Shown: one piece after another, positions 25,390 to 29,256 of the stretch
Numbering within the stretch: position 1 is the stretch's first letter
How the letters are laid out: each line of letters begins with the position of its first letter
DNA from: Akkermansiaceae bacterium
GTDB taxonomy: Bacteria; Verrucomicrobiota; Verrucomicrobiia; Verrucomicrobiales; Akkermansiaceae
Length of the DNA: 29,256 nucleotides
Assembly: GCA_051251915.1 (NCBI GenBank)
Contig: JBPOGF010000032.1
Coordinates: 1-29,256, forward strand
Direction: 5' to 3'
Notes under the pieces: model-generated
Databases searched by the model: none
Told to the model about the DNA's origin: nothing
The model's input: only the letters and a program-made list of their open reading frames with translations
Made by a program: the position numbers and the translations under genes

Positions 25390-26034
25390 ATGAGACGTGA
25401 TTTAGAGAATGCGGTGCTTTATGGTATTGTGGATAGGGGATATGTGGCTGCGGATGAAATAGAATCTGTGGCGCAGGCTTTGATCGATGGTGGTGCGGAT
25501 ATTATTCAGTTGCGTGCGAAGGGGTGTGAGGTTTCGGAGATAGAGTCGATGGCTCTGCGGTTGGTGTCAATTTGTAGCGTGGCTAAGGTGCCGTTTATAG
25601 TGAATGATTATCCGGATGTAGCTGTGCGGGTGAATGCCGATGGGGTGCATGTGGGGCAGGATGATGGGACACTGGCGGATGTTAGAGAGGTGGTGGGGGA
25701 TGAAATGATAGTTGGGAGATCTACGCATTCTGTGGCACAGGCTAAGCAGGCGTTGTTAGATGGCTTTGATTACATTGGGTTTGGTCCGCTGTTCCCGACT
25801 CCGACTAAGAAGGGCAGGCCTGGTATAGGGATGGAGAATATTTCTGTGGTCCAGAGCGAGGTAGGGGAAGAAATACCTGCTTTTTGTATTGGCGGTATAA
25901 CAAGAAAGAATATAGGGACTGTGGCGCAGGCGGGGGCGAAGAGAATAGTCATTGTTTCTGATCTGTTGAGGGCTGACTCTGTGGAACAAGCTACGGCTTC
26001 AGCTAAACAATTGCTCATCAACTATAAAAAATAA
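25390..26034 (+). CDS. thiE: Thiamine-phosphate synthase
   Basis: LYGIVD, IQLRAK, FIVND, DGVHVGQDD, GRSTHS, DYIGFGPLFPTPTK and IGGI. The ATG at 25390 is preferred as start. Confidence 0.94.
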   Translation: MRRDLENAVLYGIVDRGYVAADEIESVAQALIDGGADIIQLRAKGCEVSEIESMALRLVSICSVAKVPFIVNDYPDVAVRVNADGVHVGQDDGTLADVREVVGDEMIVGRSTHSVAQAKQALLDGFDYIGFGPLFPTPTKKGRPGIGMENISVVQSEVGEEIPAFCIGGITRKNIGTVAQAGAKRIVIVSDLLRADSVEQATASAKQLLINYKK

Positions 26035-26039
26035 TTATT

Positions 26040-26954
26040 ATGTCAGTTATCATCGGAGGAACTATCGCAATCGACAATGTCAAAACACCTACAGCAGAAG
26101 CTAAGAACTTGTTGGGAGGGTCTGCATCATTTGCATCATTGGCGGCTACGTATTATACGGATCAAGTGAAATTGGTTGGTATCATTGGGCATGATTATCC
26201 GAAGGGGCATTTGGATATGTTAGAGGGGCATGGTGTGGATCTAACAGGTGTTGAGAGGAGTGATTCAGAATCGTTTACTTGGACTGGTGAATATATGGAG
26301 AATATGAATGACCGTGAGACGCATGCGGTTGCTCTTAATGTTTTGGAAGGTTGGGAAGTGAAGGTTCCTTCTTCTATTGCAGGTGCTGACATCGTGGTGC
26401 TGGCGAATATGTCTCCTGAGAATCAGCTGCAGATGTTATCTCAGTGTGATGGTGAGAATCGATTTGTTATAGCGGATACGATGGATCTTTGGATTACGAT
26501 TGCGAATGATCAATTGCACGAAGTGCTTACTAAAATAGATATGCTGGTGCTTAATGAATCTGAAGCGAGAGAGTTAGCGAGGACTTCTAATCTTATCTTG
26601 GCTGGTGAGAAACTGTTAGAGAAAGGGCCTAGGCATGTGATTATTAAGCTTGGGGAATTTGGTGCAGTATTGTTTGGGCCGGAAGGTAAAATGTTCCGTT
26701 TGCACGCGTGGCCGCTTAAAGAGGTAGCAGATCCGACTGGTGCTGGGGATTCGTTTCTTGGGGGGATGGCTGGATACTTGGATAACCTTGAGGATTCGGC
26801 TTATAGCTTTGCTGATATTTCACAGGCGATGGCACGTGGATCAGTGGCTGCGAGTTTCACATGTGAGGCATTTTCTACTCTTAAACTACAAGAGGTGACG
26901 AAAGACGATCTATCTAACAGGTTGGCTGCGCTCCGTGAGATGGGGCAGTGGTAG
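26040..26954 (+). CDS. PfkB/ribokinase family carbohydrate or nucleoside kinase
   Basis: LGGSA, LNESEA, KLGEFGA and the signature DPTGAGDSFLGG. Confidence 0.92.
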   Translation: MSVIIGGTIAIDNVKTPTAEAKNLLGGSASFASLAATYYTDQVKLVGIIGHDYPKGHLDMLEGHGVDLTGVERSDSESFTWTGEYMENMNDRETHAVALNVLEGWEVKVPSSIAGADIVVLANMSPENQLQMLSQCDGENRFVIADTMDLWITIANDQLHEVLTKIDMLVLNESEARELARTSNLILAGEKLLEKGPRHVIIKLGEFGAVLFGPEGKMFRLHAWPLKEVADPTGAGDSFLGGMAGYLDNLEDSAYSFADISQAMARGSVAASFTCEAFSTLKLQEVTKDDLSNRLAALREMGQW

Positions 26955-26965
26955 AGCGGGTGATC

Positions 26966-26990
26966 AGTAGCTCGTTTGAGCTACTTTTTC
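26966..26990 (+). terminator. Intrinsic terminator
   Basis: AGTAGCTC-GTTT-GAGCTACT followed by TTTTC. Confidence 0.75.
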
Positions 26991-27017
26991 TTTAGAGCTG
27001 ATTGTGGTCTGCAAGTC

Positions 27018-28490
27018 TTACTTACCCTGTAATTTCAGGGTAGGTTTTTTTGCGTTTAAGATGATGGCCATGGTGGCGGTGAGTTGATGACGTGATGAGA
27101 GATAGTATCCTTTGTCGTATTTGTCTCTTCCTGGGAGTGAGATGAATGATCCGTCGTAGCTGCGAGCCATGTTGAACCATGCTTTGTTGTAGTCCATGAT
27201 GGCGCGTGTGGTTGGTGTGTCGTTGCAGAGGTTGGCTCCGATGAGGCCCCAGCAGACTGACAGCATTCCGTCTGCGTGTGCGTCTGGTAGGTATTTGTGT
27301 GAATTCATGAGGCCTTTTGTGACGGTTTTATTGTAGTCTGGATTTAGCTGTGAGTCTCCTGCTAGGTGGTGTGCTACGATGGATATTCCTTGGCGGCCAC
27401 CTGCTGCGTAGGCTCCGGCAGCGGTGTGGTAGCCGATGTAGCCGTCACTGTCTGTGCTGCTGCGGAGGTAGTCGAATGCGAGTTGAATTTTATCTTGGTC
27501 GACTGTGGCTTCACATTTTTTTGCCATTTCCCATGCTACGAGTGAGAGGGCGGTGGTGATGTTCATGGTGCCGTATCCGCCGACGTTGGTGTTGTGGCCC
27601 ATGCCTCCGGTGCGGAATTTGTGACCGACGTTGCCCATGCTACCGTGAGTTCTTTCTTTGTAGTTTGCCATGTCTTCGACTTGAGCGTGCTCTAGTTTGG
27701 TGGCTAGTGACTGGATGGTGGGGAGGACGGTTTTGTCGTTTGTGAGCAGGTAGTATTCGCAGAGGAAGATGCATTGGTAACCGACGGGCCATACCCAGAT
27801 GCCGGCGTGTGGTTTATTATTCCATGAGTGTGCGAGTTCTTTGGCTTGTTTTAGATTTCCGTTTGAGAGGAGAGCTAGGCCGCTCATGCCTTTAGCGTGG
27901 CATGGTTCTTTTTTGATGTATGAGTAGCCTGGGCCACTGAGGTATTCTGCGGCTTGTTTGGCGATGAGTTCTGATTTAGGGCAATTTTCAGGGAAGGTGT
28001 CTGAGAACTTGCCGATGGCTTTGAGTGGGACGGTTACGGTGATGTGCTTTCCGTCGCGAGTGATGGAGAGGGAGAGGTTTCCGTCTGCTCCTTCTGATTC
28101 TTCGATGGCATTTCCGAAGTCCATGATGGGGCCTTCGTAGCCTACTTCAGGGAATTCTTTCATGCGGGTCATGTGGTGCCCGAAGGTGTGTGGGACTGTG
28201 AACTTGTTTCCATTTACACCAGTAATGATGTCATCGAGTTTTAGCTTCCCTGCTGCTGGGGAATCAGGGAAGATGTATTTTACGGTGAATGACTGTGATT
28301 CTAGTGTGGCTCTTGCTCCGGTGGGGCCGAGGTTTATTAGGAAGCCCGGGACGGCTGTGTCGGGGCCTTTTTCGGAGGGGGTTTCCCAGCGGCCTCGGTT
28401 ATCGAGTTCGATGGCGCTGAGGAAGATGCTCTGGATGAGCCATAGGGTGAAGCTGAGTGCTATTGTTGATTTAGTAGTGAAACATTTCAT
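27018..28490 (-). CDS. Secreted protein with an N-terminal PDZ-like domain and a helical (DUF6288-like) domain
   Basis: Signal peptide, INLGPTGARA, DSPAAGKLKLDDIITGVNG (PDZ-like), FPENCPKS and LCEYYLLT.D, recalled as typical of a family expanded in PVC bacteria. Confidence 0.7.
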   Translation of the reverse strand: MKCFTTKSTIALSFTLWLIQSIFLSAIELDNRGRWETPSEKGPDTAVPGFLINLGPTGARATLESQSFTVKYIFPDSPAAGKLKLDDIITGVNGNKFTVPHTFGHHMTRMKEFPEVGYEGPIMDFGNAIEESEGADGNLSLSITRDGKHITVTVPLKAIGKFSDTFPENCPKSELIAKQAAEYLSGPGYSYIKKEPCHAKGMSGLALLSNGNLKQAKELAHSWNNKPHAGIWVWPVGYQCIFLCEYYLLTNDKTVLPTIQSLATKLEHAQVEDMANYKERTHGSMGNVGHKFRTGGMGHNTNVGGYGTMNITTALSLVAWEMAKKCEATVDQDKIQLAFDYLRSSTDSDGYIGYHTAAGAYAAGGRQGISIVAHHLAGDSQLNPDYNKTVTKGLMNSHKYLPDAHADGMLSVCWGLIGANLCNDTPTTRAIMDYNKAWFNMARSYDGSFISLPGRDKYDKGYYLSSRHQLTATMAIILNAKKPTLKLQGK

Positions 28491-28606
28491 GATGAAGAGT
28501 GCTGTGTGTGGTGGATCGATTGCCTAGATGGGTCATACGATTTATCTTGATCACAGCTTTCACATACTCTCGGAGATTAGAAAGTTTCTTACATCATGGG
28601 GAGGGG

Positions 28607-29256
28607 TTAGTATTTGACCTCTAGCAAAGTTAGTCCGTCTGCTGGTGCGCAGTAGGGTGCTTTACCGAATGGGAGGATTTCTGGCTGGGTTGGCTGGTCT
28701 AGGAGGGCTAGGTGGTCATCTAATCTTAGGCGACCTTGTGCTGCTTGAACGGCGGCGCCGGTGAGGAGTCTGACCATTTTGTACATGAAGCCGTTTCCTG
28801 TAAAGGTGATGCGGTAGCCGTCGTTGTGGATGTGGTAGTCTGATCGGGTGATGGTGCGGGTGTATTCGGTGGCTTCTGTTTCATTTCCTCGGTTGGCGGC
28901 GAAGGCGCGGAAGCAGTGTTCTCCTAGGTAGTGGGCTAGTGCTTGCTCAAGTGAGACTGGATCTAACTGGCGTGGGAGGTGCCAGGCTCTGCCGTGCATG
29001 TGTGGGTGAAGGACGGGGGCTAGACAGAGGTCGTAGAGGTAAGTTTTTTCTTTGGCGGAGAATCTGGCGTGGAAATCATCTGGCATTTCTACGCAGTCTA
29101 GGATGCGGATGCTGGGGGGGAGCTTGGTGTTGATGGCTGGGACCCAGTTGTAGGGGTTCATGTCGACTTGGGCGGGTGGCTCGAAGTGGGCGACTTGGCC
29201 GTCTGCGTGGACTCCGGCATCGGTTCTGCCTGAGCCGTGGAGCTTGATGGTTTGGA
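28607..29256 (-). CDS. truA: tRNA pseudouridine(38-40) synthase, 5' end outside the window
   Basis: The frame continues to the window edge with HGSGRTDAGVHADGQVAHF. Also FHARFSA, GNGFMYKMVR and APADGLTL. Confidence 0.96.
   Translation of the reverse strand, partial: QTIKLHGSGRTDAGVHADGQVAHFEPPAQVDMNPYNWVPAINTKLPPSIRILDCVEMPDDFHARFSAKEKTYLYDLCLAPVLHPHMHGRAWHLPRQLDPVSLEQALAHYLGEHCFRAFAANRGNETEATEYTRTITRSDYHIHNDGYRITFTGNGFMYKMVRLLTGAAVQAAQGRLRLDDHLALLDQPTQPEILPFGKAPYCAPADGLTLLEVKY

Overview
Bacterial chromosomal window, probably from Verrucomicrobiota. This is inferred from the SHD1-domain and DUF6288-like secreted proteins and the overall gene set. Most of it is housekeeping: priA, yaaA, glnS, fabV, asnS, uvrB, nadD, chrA, a U32/RlhA-like hydroxylase, L31 type B, pdxJ-acpS, tRNA-Asn, a DEAD-box helicase, murI, bactofilin, thiE, a PfkB kinase and truA (partial). 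The main discovery is at 13933-16042. Four ORF-track fragments join into two convergent genes for secreted proteins, each interrupted by one in-frame TGA at a redox-motif position: ...HRSNC-U-QNG... and ...YWGVN-U-PPC... Each TGA is followed by a perfect 7-bp hairpin with a GUY triloop that fits a bacterial SECIS element, so these look like a pair of hidden selenoproteins. One is a TlpA-like thioredoxin fused to SHD1, and the other is a 422-aa vicinal Cys-Sec protein I cannot assign to a family. Other notable points are an unannotated 47-aa lipoprotein behind fabV, intergenic short-period repeats whose motifs also form an in-frame insert in priA, a REP-like hairpin with compensatory changes, a histone H1-like/DUF2934 protein, and a very strong G+T bias on the + strand that is independent of gene orientation.
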